In this document: one piece after another, positions 45,931-56,188 of the stretch
Layout of the letters: each line of letters opens with the position of its first letter
How positions within the stretch are numbered: the first letter of the stretch is position 1
From: the human T2T-CHM13v2.0 reference genome, Homo sapiens
Reading direction: 5' to 3'
Assembly: GCA_009914755.4 (NCBI GenBank)
Contig: CP086569.2
Location: 27,168,001 to 27,232,000, forward strand
Length of the DNA stretch: 64,000 bases
Position numbers and translations under genes: made by a program
Notes under the pieces: generated by a model
Told to the model about the DNA's origin: nothing
Seen by the model: the letters and a program-made list of their open reading frames with translations, nothing else
Databases searched by the model: none

Positions 45931-46344
45931 CTCAAAAGGCATTTTGTATGGCTTATATATAATATCAAATTAAGAACAGTTAATATTTCTTGAAAAAAAA
46001 AAGAAAAATACAGCCAAAACTAATTCTAGAATGATAGAAATTATAACAGTGGTAGCCTGGGGGAGGATGAAGGGGTGGTGGGTAGAACTTCCAAAGGAGG
46101 CAAAGATGTCCTATTTCTTGATTGGGTGATGGTTACTATATTAGGCTATTCTTGTGTTGCTATAAAGAAACACCTGAGTAACACCTGAGAAACATTTGAG
46201 TATATTTTCAAATACTAATAATTACATGGTTTATAATTTATAAGTCCAATTTCCGGTTATTTTCATTATTAATACTTTTCCAGTTATCTACCCTTTCTAA
46301 AAGAGAATACAAAATGCTTCTTTTCCTTTTTTTTTTGTTTTCAA

Positions 46345-49300
46345 GGCTAGAACCAAGACAGGCGCAAAGGTCAGGGCAGATCTAGGGCACAAGCAGGGCA
46401 GGCTAGGGCAGGGCAATGGCAAGACCAGGCCATGGCAGGGCCAGCCCAGGATAGAACAGGGTACAGGCAGGGCAGCACCAGGGCCACAGCTGGGGCAGGA
46501 CGAGGACCAGGACCGGGGTCCAGGCCAGGGCAAGGGTATGGCCAGGGCAGAGGTAGGGCCAGAGCCAGGGTGTGGGCAGGACCAAGGCAGGTCTATTGCA
46601 GGGCCAGGGTTCAGACCAGAGCCAGAGCAGGGCTGGGACAGGGCCAGGGCCAGGACCAGGAAAGGGCAATGTCAGGACAAGGGCCATGGCAGGACCAGCA
46701 ACGGGGCTAGGGCCAGGACAGGGACAGGGACAGGGACAGGGTCAGGGCTAGGGCCTGAATAGCATGCCAGGGTAGAGCCAGGCCACATTAGGGCCAGGAC
46801 AGGGTCAGGACAGGGCCATGGTAGGGCCAGGTTAAATCAGGGACAAGACACCTGCAAATCCACTTCAGGGCCAGGGTCAGGGCAGGGCCAGTTCAGGGCC
46901 AGGACCAAGACAGGTCCAGGGCCAGCGCTGTCGGGGTCATTGGCAGGGCCAGGGCCATGGCAGGAGCAGGGTCAGGAGCAGGGCTCAATGCCAGGCCAAT
47001 GCCACAGATAGGACCAGGTCTGTGCTAGGGCCAGTGTGAGGGCCAAGGTGGGGTCAGGGCAGGGCCAAAGGGAGGGCAGGGCCAAAGGGAGGGCAGGGCC
47101 AGGGCAGGGTGGAGCAGGCCCAGGGTAGCACAGGGTTAAGGTAGGACACAACCAACCAGGGCAGGTCTATGGCTGGGGCTGGGGCAGGGCCAGGGCTGGG
47201 GCAGGGCCAGAGCCAGGGCAGGGCCAAGACAGTGGCAGCTCCAGGGCAGGGCCAGGGTTAGGACCACGGACATGTCCAAGGCCAGTGCCAGGGCAAGGAC
47301 AAGGGCAGGGGCAGGGCCAGGTTCATCTAAGAACCAGGGACAAAGCCAGGCCCAGAGCAGGGCCAGGGCAGGTACCTGGCAGGGCTAGGGTCTGGGACAG
47401 GGCCATGGCAGGGCCAGGGCCACAACCAGGTCTGTGCTATGGCCAGGTCCAACACAGTGCCCAGGTAAGGCTAGGGTGAAGGCCAAGGTAGGGCCAGGGC
47501 AGGGTCAAAGCCAGGCTAGGGCCAAGGCAGGGCCAGGGCCGGCAAGGCAGGGCCAGGAAAGCATAGGGCCAAGGCAGGGCAGGGCCAGGCCAGTGCCAAG
47601 ACCTGGGCAGGGCCAGGGAACAGCCAGGGCAGGGCCAGGGCCAGAGCCAGGGCCAGGGCCTGGGCAGGACCAGGTTTGGGACAGGAGCAAAACAACGGCA
47701 AGGACAGTGCAGGATCTTGGCACAGCCAGGATCCAGGACAGTGTCAAGACAGGGCCAAGGCAGGGTCATGGCCATGGTAAGACCAGCAACAGGGCTGGTG
47801 CTAGGCCAGTGACAGGACCAGAGTCAGGGCAAGGACCAGAGCAGTGCAAGGCCAGGGTAGGGCCAGGCATTTCAGGGTCAGGGCCAGGGGAGAACCAGGG
47901 CAAGGTCTCAAGCAGGGAAGGGCCAGGACCAGGACAGGTCCAGGGCAGGGCCATGACAGGGCCAGGGGCTGTGTTAGGGCAAGGGCAGGGCCAGAGCAAG
48001 GTAAGGGTCAGGGCCAAGACCAGGGTAGGGACAGGGCAAGAAATATGGCAGGACCAGGGGCAATGCCAAGGCCAAGGCTGGGCCAGGGCTGAACCAGGGC
48101 TGAGTCAGGGCAGGGCAGGGCAGGACATGGTATGGCCAGTGCAGGACAGGACAAGAGCCGGTCCACAGAGAGAGCAGGGCTGATGCCAAGAAAGAGCCAG
48201 GCTAGTGCCAAGGCTGAGGCAGTGTCAGAGCATATCCGGGGAAGGGTCGGGGCCAGGGCCAGAACCGAGCCAGGGAACAGCCAAGGCAGGGTAGGGCAGG
48301 GAAATAGCATGGCTGGGTCAGTACTGGGACAGGGCAGAGCAGGGCAAGGCGATGGTAGGGGCAGGGCAGGGACAGGCCAATGCAGAGCCATGTTACACCA
48401 GGGCCAGGACACCTCCAAGTCCACTTCAGGGCCAGGGCTATGGCAGGACAAAGACCAGGGCCAGGGTCAGGGCCAGGTCTGTGCTAGGGCCAGCTCCAGA
48501 GCAGGGCCTAGTGAAGACTAGGGTGAGGGCCAAGGTAAGGCCAGGGCAGGGTCAAAGGCAGAGTAGGGCCAGGGCAGGGTGACGACACATCCAGAGCACA
48601 GCAGGCAGGGTGATGGCAAGACCAGGGGCAGACCACTGCCAGCTCAGGGCCAGGAAAAGGCCAGTGCAGAGCCAGGATAGGGTCTGGGTCTGGGTCAGGG
48701 CTAGGAACAAGGCAGAGCAGGGCCAGGGCCATGGCAGAGTCAGGGCAGGTCCTTGACAGGACCAGGTTCCAGGCCAGGGCCAGGGCAGCAGAAGGGGCAG
48801 GGCCTGGATAAGAGCACGGCCAGGGATATGGCAGGACCAGGGCTAGGGCCAGGGCCAGGCCATAGTGAGGGCAGGGCAAAAGCCCAGGTAGGGTCAGGGC
48901 AGGTCCAGGGAGTGACCAGCACCAAGAGGGGCCAAGGCACAACCAGCGCACGGTAAGGCAGAGCAATGGCACCACTGGGCCATGACAGGGCAAGGTCAGT
49001 GCCAGGAGAGGGCAGAACAGGCAGGCCCATGGTGGGGCCAGGCCAGGGATGGGCCAAAGCAGGTCCAGGACATGTCCAAGGCCAGGTCAGGGTCAGAACA
49101 GGAGCGGGACCATGACAATTGGCAGGGCCAGTGCCATGACAGGACCAGGGTCAGGACAAGGGGCAGGGCCAGAGCCAGGGCCAGAGTCAAGGTCAGGCCA
49201 GTGCAGGTTCAGGGAAGGGCCAGTGCCAGGGCAAGACCAGGGCAGGGACAGGGTAGCACAGGGCCAAGACAGGGTCAGGATGGGACCAGAGCAGGACGGG

Positions 49301-49395
49301 GCTGAGAGTCCAGGTAACAGTAGGGCAAGTACAGGGCAAGGCAGGGCAGTATAGGGCCAGATCCATGGCAGGGGCAGGGCAAAGCCAGGCCCACT
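46345..49395 (+). repeat. 3.05-kb G-rich hexamer-based minisatellite, (CAGGGC/CAGGGT/CAGGAC)n, with strong strand asymmetry (G/A-rich plus strand, few T)
   Basis: Near-continuous GGGCCAGGGCAGGGCCAGG-type units with period 6. They generate the low-complexity GQGQGQ, ARARAR and PGPGPG / PWPWP ORFs in all frames on both strands. GGG runs recur every ~6 nt. Confidence 0.9.
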
Positions 49396-50204
49396 GCCAA
49401 AGGACCAGCCCTCCCTACAAGGCTCCTACCACCTGGCTACTGGTGCAGCCCATCCATCGCTGTAAGCCTGACCCCCAACCCTGGCTGCAGGCACCTGCCC
49501 TCCTAGCGTGGCCGCTCTCCTACCGCTCTGGCGCACTGCAGTCTCCATTGCTACCACCCACCCGCGGCAAGGCAAGTCGTGGTGTCACAGGCTATAGGTG
49601 TCTCCTCCTCCTCCTGGCATGGAGCAGCTGGGCGGGCAAAGCCAGAAAAGCCTAGAGGAAGATGTGAGGGGTGGAAGGGTTAGAGCCTCAACTTGTCATG
49701 CCGGCCACTGGGTGGCAGGGGCCAGTTTCAGTTTCAGCAAAGGCACTCACACCTACCCTCCAATGTCCAGCCTCTCCTTTTGGCCCAAGCTGGCCAGGAA
49801 CTGGGGTCTGGGGTGGGTGCTGGAGACACCACAGCACCCAGCTCCCCACTCCACAGGAGCCATTGGGCCCACTGGGGCTGCACTCCTCGGGGAGCAGGAG
49901 AAGCAGAAAAATTCAGACCCAGCCAGCCCTCTGCACCCAGGTGCCAATTCCTGTTCCGGACGCCTCCACACACAGGGCCCTGTCCCCAGTGGTGTCCCCA
50001 GGGGTGCCTGGCAGCCTCCAAGGCACAGACCCAGAGCGCACAGGCCCAGGAACCACGGTGGGTGTGGGGGCTCTGCCGTGCTCAGGATTCCATGCAAACG
50101 CTGCGTGCCTGCCGCACTCCAGTATGACCAAGAGTGGGTCGCCCTCTGGAGTGTGGAGTCAGGGAGAGGAGAACCACTCCTTCCTTGGATGCCAACTCTG
50201 CTGA

Positions 50205-50515
50205 CTGCCGCCAGAAGTGCAGCCCCTGATAGCACTGAACTCGCCCCCCATCCACGGCTAGTCCTGCCCTCAATAGCTTCCCCCACGTCCGTCCCCCAAT
50301 GCAGCCAGTAGTGTATACCCAATAGTGCCCTAACCTGTCCTCCTCCATGGGCATTGCAGCCCCAGAAAGTGCCCATAACCCACCCTCCCTGCCATGGGCA
50401 GTGCAGCCCTGTACAGTGCTACCAACCAGTACCCCTAATGTAGGCAATGACACCCTGGATAGCGCCCCCAACCCACCCCACACTGCGAAAGGTGCAGCCC
50501 TGGTTAGCCCGTCCT
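50205..50515. repeat. ~45-50-bp GC-rich minisatellite, part A, upstream of the L1 insertion
   Basis: Recurring units (G)CAGTGCAGCCCC[T/G]GATAGC[A/G]C(C)CCCAACCCACCC at about 50217, 50350, 50397, 50440 and 50490. Confidence 0.7.
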
Positions 50516-50636
50516 ACCACTCTGGTCGTGCTGCAGTCTCTGTCACCGCCACCACCAACCACAGTGAGGCAAGCCAGTGGGTTGCAGGCTCTAGCACCCG
50601 GCAGCCAGGCACGGAGCAGCTCTCTCCAATGGTCTG

Positions 50637-51746
50637 CTCCTACCACTCTGACCACGCTGCTGTCTCCGTGGCCATCTTCTTTGACTACAAAGGAATAAAA
50701 CTAGGTATCAATAAGAAGAGTAATTCTGGAAACAATACAATCACATGGAAGTTAAACACTATCCTCCTGAATAAATGACTAGCGGGTCAATGAAGATACT
50801 AAGACAGAAATTCAAACATTTCATGAAACAAAGGGTAATGAAAACACAGTATACCGAAACTTGTTACACAGACAGCAGTACAAAGGCAGAGATTTACAGC
50901 TGTAAGTGCCTACCATCCAAACAAAAGAAAAACTTCAAATAAACAATACATCTTAAAGAACTAGTAAAGTAAGAACTAACTAAACCGAAAATAAGAAAAT
51001 GAATAAGATCGTAGCAGAAATAACATTGAAAAAAAAAAACACACAAGATTAAATGAAAAGTTGGTTTTCTGGAAAGCTAAACAAAATTGACAAACTTTTA
51101 ACCAAGCTAACTAAGAAAAAAGAGACAAGATTAAAATAAATAAAATCAACAGATTAAAAAAAGGAGACATTACAACTAATACTTCAGAAATTCAAAGGAT
51201 CATAACTGGCTATTATATGCCAATAAATCGGAAAGCCTAGTAGAAACTGGCAAATTCCTACATGCATACAGCCTACTTAGGTTGAACAATGAAAACATCC
51301 AAGACCAGAACAGATTGGTAACAAGAAATGAGATTGAAGCCATCAGAAAAAGTCTCCCAGTAAAGAAAAGCCCAGGAACTCATGTCTTCACTGCTGATGG
51401 CTTCACACAAAACAATTTAAAGACCTAGTACAAATCCTACTCAAACTATTTTGAAAAACAGGAGGGGGCCGGGCGCGGTGGCTCACGCCTGTAATCCCAG
51501 CACTTTGGGAGGCCGAGGCGGGCGGATCACGAGGTCAGGAGATCGAGACCATCCTGGCTAACACGGTGAAACCCCGTCTCTACTAAAAATACAAAAAATT
51601 AGCCGGGCGAGGTGGCGGGCGCCTGTAGTCCCAGCTACTCGGGAGGCTGAGGCAGGAGAATGGCGTGAACCCCAGGGGGCGGAGCCTGCAGTGAGCCGAG
51701 ATCGCGCCACTGCACTCCAGCCTGGGCGACAGCGAGACTCCGTCTC

Positions 51747-51777
<31 letters not shown>

Positions 51778-52300
51778 AAAACAGGAGGGAATACTTCCAA
51801 ACTTTTTCTATGAGACCATTATTACTGTGATACCAAAATCAGACAAAGGCATCAAAGAAGGAAACTACAGGCTAGTATCTCTAATATTGATGCGAAAATC
51901 CTCAACAAAATACCAGCGAATCCAATTCAGTAATACATTAAAAAGATAATTCATCATGATCAAGTGGAATGTATCCCTGGGATGCAAGGGTCACTCAACA
52001 TACAATGTGATACATCATATCAACCAAATAAACGACAAAAACAGTATGATCATGTCAACTGAAACTGAAAAAGCATTTGATGAAATTCAACATGGCTTCA
52101 TGCTATAAATCCTCAAAGAAACGGGTACAGAAGGAACATACCGCAACATAATAAAAGCTACAGGAAAGACACCCACAGCTAGAAGCATATGGAGTCGGTA
52201 AAAATGGAAAGCTTTTCCTCTAAGATCTGGAACATAATAAGGATGCCCCCTGTCACCACTGTTGTTTAACATAGTACCAGAAATCCTAGCTAAAGCAATC
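50637..52300 (+). mobile_element. L1 ORF2 fragment (3' end of the endonuclease domain through the reverse-transcriptase domain), sense, containing a nested AluY
   Basis: The translation reads AIFFDYKGIKLGINKKSNSGNNTITWKLNTILLNK ... INRLKKGDITTNTSEIQRIITGYYM... KKSPGTHVFTADGFTQ... then, after the Alu, [161 protein letters not shown]. Residues are transcribed as they appear in the window, and dots mark stops or unread positions. This corresponds to ORF2p ...SDHSAIKLELRIK...TWKLNNLLLND...[21 protein letters not shown]...KKSPGPDGFTAEFYQ...[161 protein letters not shown].AIRQ. Confidence 0.85.
51462..51775 (+). mobile_element. Young AluY-like SINE inserted into the L1; target-site duplication (G)AAAACAGGAGGG
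   Basis: GGCCGGGCGCGGTGGCTCACGCCTGTAATCCCAGCACTTTGGGAGGCCGAGGCGGGCGGATCACGAGGTCAGGAGATCGAGACCATCCTGGCTAACACGGTGAAACCCCGTCTCTACTAAAAATACAAAAAATTAGCCGGGCGAGGTGGCGGGCGCCTGTAGTCCCAGCTACTCGGGAGGCTGAGGCAGGAGAATGGCGTGAACC... is almost undecayed in CpG sites, with a 29-nt poly(A). The flanks repeat AAAACAGGAGGG. Confidence 0.9.
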
Positions 52301-52304
52301 AGTG

Positions 52305-52790
52305 CAGCCCCTGATATGGCCCCCAACCCACCCTGCCCCCTACCACCAGCAGTGTCGCCCCCCGCAATAGCACACCCAACACACCCAAACCGCCCCGCCT
52401 CCCCGCACCATGGGCATTACAGCACCCCATAGCGCCCTCAACTCGAAACCGCCACCCCCCCTCCAACAGCCGCGCAGTGCAGCCCCGGATAGCACACTTA
52501 GCCCACCTCACTGTTGCCAGCAATACAGTCTGGGATAGTGCCCCCAACCGGCTCCCCGCCAAGGCCAGTGCAGCCCCGGTTTGGGCCCCCAAAGCACCCC
52601 CCGGGGGCAGGCAGCACAGCCCCAGATAGCACACCCAACCAGCCACCCAAGGCGGGCAGTGACGCCTGAGATAGGGCCCCCAACCCGTCCCAGGCCACCC
52701 GCAGTGCAGCCTGGAAAGCGCACTTACCCTGACGCCTTTCTACACTCTGGCTGGCTGCAGCGTCCACCGCTGCCACCCACCTCAGAGCTG
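52305..52790. repeat. ~45-50-bp GC-rich minisatellite, part B, downstream of the L1 insertion (same family as 50205-50515)
   Basis: About 9 units, e.g. CAGTGCAGCCCCTGATATGGCCCCCAACCCACCC, GCGCAGTGCAGCCCCGGATAGCACACTTAGCCCACC, AGGCAGCACAGCCCCAGATAGCACACCCAACCAGCCACCC and GGCAGTGACGCCTGAGATAGGGCCCCCAACCCGTCCC. Confidence 0.7.
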
Positions 52791-52857
52791 CAAACAGGAA
52801 GTATTTTACTCACCGTTGATGCGGCCCCGAGTTGTCCCAAAGCGCGGCAGTGCCCCC

Positions 52858-53045
52858 AAGGTCTGTGCTGAGCAGAACGCAGCTCCGCCCTCGGGGTGCC
52901 ACCGGCCCGCCCGACCGGGTCCGTGCTGAGGAGAACACTGCTCTGCCTTCCCTGTATCTCCGAAGTCTGTGCAGAGGAGAACTCAGCTCCACCCTCGCGG
53001 TGCTCTCGGGGTCTGTGCTGAGGATAACTCAGCTCCGCCCTCGCA
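52858..53045. repeat. About four copies of a ~45-60-bp tandem repeat (GGTCTGTGCTGAGGAGAAC(T)CAGCTCCGCCCTCG...) in the promoter-proximal region
   Basis: GGTCTGTGCTGAGCAGAACGCAGCTCCGCCCTCGG / GGTCCGTGCTGAGGAGAACACTGCTCTGCC / GTCTGTGCAGAGGAGAACTCAGCTCCACCCTCGCGG / GGTCTGTGCTGAGGATAACTCAGCTCCGCCCTCGC. Confidence 0.6.
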
Positions 53046-53600
53046 AAGGCAGACAGCGCAGGCGCCGACAGCGACAGCTCAGACAGCGCTGGCGCGGCGG
53101 ACAGGCGCACAGAAGACCTCAGGCTCAGGTTCCACTCCCCAGCTGTGAAAGGGTAAGAACTGAGGGTGGCTGAGGCTGGGGGTTGTTCAGGGCGGGGTGG
53201 GCTCTGGACCCAGCAGGCCCTGCACCCAGGCCAGGGCTTCAGGGGAGGCCAGGTAAGGCCAAGATGGGGCCGGGGCTGGTCAGAAAGATCCGAGCGTTGG
53301 GAGCCGGTGGAAGAAAAGAGCGCGCGGGCGACAGTCAAACAGGCCTTGGGGCAGGGCACGCCTCGCGCTCCAGGCAGCCCTGCCAGCCCAGGGCACCTGA
53401 GCAGCAACCGCCGCCTGCACTGGGCGCGCCAGAGAGCTGCTACGGTGGTTTCTCCCCCTCGGGCCTGTTGGGCGGGGCCGTTATGGTGCACGTGCTCGCT
53501 GGTCCTAATGGTTCTCTTGGGCGTTTCTGCTGAGAGGCGGGAGGCGCTGAGAGTCTGTGCGAAGGTCCGTGGACAGACTGCATTGCTTGTTGTGCTTCAG

Positions 53601-53848
<248 letters not shown>

Positions 53849-53859
53849 TAATGGGGGCC

Positions 53860-54350
53860 GGGAGCCGGGGCTGCGGGAAGAGGCCCGTGGATGTGGAGAA
53901 GTACCCCCTTCCAGGCTGAGGGCTGTGGGGCGGATGGTCCGGGGCTCGGGGTATGGACAGGGGCTAGGAGGTGCCTGGCTGGGGTGGGAGTGAGTGGAGC
54001 GGAGCCCGGGGAGTGGGGGTATAGGGGTTGGCGGGGTGTGGAGTGAGTTGGGGGATGGCAGTGGGGAGTAGGGGGTGCATGGGGTGGGGGTGTGAATGGG
54101 CTGAGGTGGATGGAATGAAGGCTTTTGAGGTAGGGGTGTGGACGGTGTGGGGTGGGGAGATGGGGTGAGGGTTCAATAGGACAGAGGATTGGAGGTGGGG
54201 GTGAGGTGTGGGGGTGAATGGGGTGGGGGAAAGGGGTGCAGAGGTGAGGGGGCCGAGTCTTGTCACCAAAGGGGCTGGACTTTCTTTCCTGGCAAGCTCA
54301 GCCGCACCTGGGATGTGGAAACCTTGGGGGGGGGCGAGCACCCAGGCCAT
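53860..54350 (+). repeat. G-rich degenerate (GGGGTG/GGGGTGTGG)n tract in intron 1, on the non-template strand
   Basis: GGGGTGGGAGTGAGTGGAGCGGAGCCCGGGGAGTGGGGGTATAGGGGTTGGCGGGGTGTGGAGTGAGTTGGGGGATGGCAGTGGGGAGTAGGGGGTGCATGGGGTGGGGGTGTGAATGGG... It explains the proline/histidine-rich antisense ORF 53964-54365. Confidence 0.7.
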
Positions 54351-54965
54351 TTTCACGAGCAGCAAAACAAAAACAAAACTTCAGCTTGTTTCCAATCACT
54401 CACCATGCTTCTTGTTTATAAATCATTTTAAAGTGATTTCACTAATACAATTCAGCATGTACAGCGTTTTATTTTTAATGTACACATTTTAAAGCATAAT
54501 GTTACATACATTATGGAAAAGTGCATAATGACAGAAAGCATTTCCATAATATATCAACTTCCTGACTAAAAATTCTTTGGATAAAAATCCAATATTTATT
54601 TGATATCGGTGGACACCTATGTCAATGTGGTTTTCACTTAGAGGGAAACTTTGAAGTGGGAAGATTGTGTTCTTGAATAGAAAGACACATTTTTCTAAAG
54701 TTCTGAGCTCTTTCTGTGTTTATAAATTTTACATAATCCAAATAAAGTTATCAAAGTGTTAACATTTTTGAATTACTCATGCTGTCTTTTACTATTGTGA
54801 TGACATTAACAACACTTTTGAAATGGAGTCAAAAAAGGCTTGCCTTTCTAGATATGAAAATGTGCTGTTAATTTTCACAAGTTATTTGCTAACAGCTGAA
54901 ACAACAAATAAGTGAATGGAACAGGTTAGAAAATCCAGGAACACACCAATATGTGTAAGAATTTA

Positions 54966-55048
54966 TTAGCTTTGTGCAAAAACAATTGCGGTTTTTGCCG
55001 CAAGTACAAGTAATGGCAAAAACCGCAATTGCTTTTGCACCAATCTAA
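54966..55048. mobile_element. MADE1 (mariner-derived) MITE: an 80-bp palindromic element
   Basis: TTAGCTTTGTGCAAAAACAATTGCGGTTTTTGCC-GCAAGTACAAG-TAATGGCAAAAACCGCAATTGCTTTTGCACCAATCTAA resembles the MADE1 consensus TTAGGTTGGTGCAAAAGTAATTGCGGTTTTTGCCATTACTTTTAATGGCAAAAACCGCAATTACTTTTGCACCAACCTAA. It has a near-perfect inverted-repeat structure. Confidence 0.75.
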
Positions 55049-56188
55049 TAAAATTGGATAATGGTGACATTTCATATTAGTAGGAAAAGATGAATTACTC
55101 ATAAATGAAGTGCCTGCTAACTATTTGGAGAAATCTGGCTAGATTTTTATGTCACAGAAATAAGTTCGTTATGGAATGTAGATTAAAAATTTTAAATACA
55201 CAAAATAAGAAAGATAACAGAAAAAAACACAAATGCCTACTTATGTTGATACATGTTTATATTCCTACAAATATCACAAGCAGACATTCTGAAGGTCGAT
55301 TTAGCAAAATAAAAAAAAAATCCAGTTTATAAGAAAAAATTAACAAAAGACAATACGTGTATATACATATTAGATAAAAAAGTGATTTTCATTTTACAGA
55401 TAATTCTTCAAATAAACAAGAACTCTCATTTAAAATAGAGCAAAGCATTTTTTTTTCAGATATTAAAGCAACCTATACACATGGGAAAAAATATTTAGTG
55501 TTCCTGGGAGGAGAAGGTATTTAAGTTAAAAAAGGAATGAAATACTCTTTTCTATCCACAAGTTTGTGAGGGTAAAGAGTAGCAGTACATATACTGCTGT
55601 TTAAAGTTTACATTTCTGATGATTTTTCAAATAGACAATTTGTTGGTAAGTATCACACTTTAAAAATGTATGTGCCCTTCACCCATCAATTCCATTATAC
55701 TAAAATATCTCTGGGAAATAGAGATACATGCAATTTGTTTTTCTCAGCACTGCTTAAAATAGCAGTGTATTTGGAAAACCCCTTATAATGGATTTTATAA
55801 ATTTTATAAATTTATCAATAAATTTCGGTGCATCCATACAATGGGACAATATGGGACCTTCACAGATGTCAGTAGATACAGATGTATGTTGAGGTGTGAA
55901 GATGTACTCTGAAAAAAAGTTGGTTTGATTATACATGCACACAAACAGTCTATGGTGTTTATAAGCCAAGTATGTGTACAAAATATAACATTTCTTTTCT
56001 GGCAGGTGTATTGTGATATTTTTTCTTATCTGTGATGTATAAATGATCAGTATGTTTAAAACTTCTAGTACATGTGTTTTATTAATGAAATTATCATTGG
56101 GAAAAGAAGAAATATAAATCTTACAAAGAAAAAATAATTCTCACTTTCTATTTTATTTTATTATTTATTTCTTTGTTTGTTTGTTTAT

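Larger units (their letters stand above)
44506..46003 (+). pseudogene. CYCS: Cytochrome c (CYCS) processed pseudogene, itself interrupted by two Alus, inserted into the L1 3'UTR
   Basis: ATGGGTGATGTAGAGAAAGGCAAGAAGAGTTTTGTTCAGAAGTGTGTCCAAG translates to [17 protein letters not shown]. It resumes after the Alu as [86 protein letters not shown] then a stop, about 80% identical to human cytochrome c. There are no introns, and poly(A) lies near 45993-46003. The flanking L1 3'UTR is duplicated (GATGAGAGACAGAATT... and GATAGAAATTATAACAG). Confidence 0.8.

Noticed and set aside
46297-49354. Many ORFs of 60-250 aa on both strands (e.g. 47434-48183, 249 aa; 48508-48993, 161 aa) with GQGQ / ARAR / PWPW composition.
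   Set aside because: They are translations of the hexamer minisatellite in all frames. They have no start context, no splice signals, and extreme low complexity. This is not coding sequence.
49598-50483. Overlapping long ORFs in the GC-rich segment (+ 49598-50311, 237 aa; - 49753-50376, 207 aa; - 50082-50483, 133 aa).
   Set aside because: ORFs on both strands across the same GC-rich, stop-codon-poor DNA are expected by chance. No domain-like motifs are recognisable, and there are no splice-site-bounded exons.
46345-53150. Considered whether the GC-rich VNTR plus flanks could be an SVA (SINE-VNTR-Alu) composite retrotransposon.
   Set aside because: There is no (CCCTCT)n hexamer, no Alu-like segment in the SVA arrangement, no SINE-R/HERV-K-derived region, and no poly(A) or target-site duplication. 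The unit sequences differ from SVA VNTR units.
52724-53491. 255-aa minus-strand ORF across the CpG island, plus ORFs 52832-53173 and 53166-53609.
   Set aside because: These are GC-rich promoter or minisatellite sequence. The ORFs are antisense or overlap each other, and arginine/proline/alanine-rich composition is typical of CpG-island artefacts.
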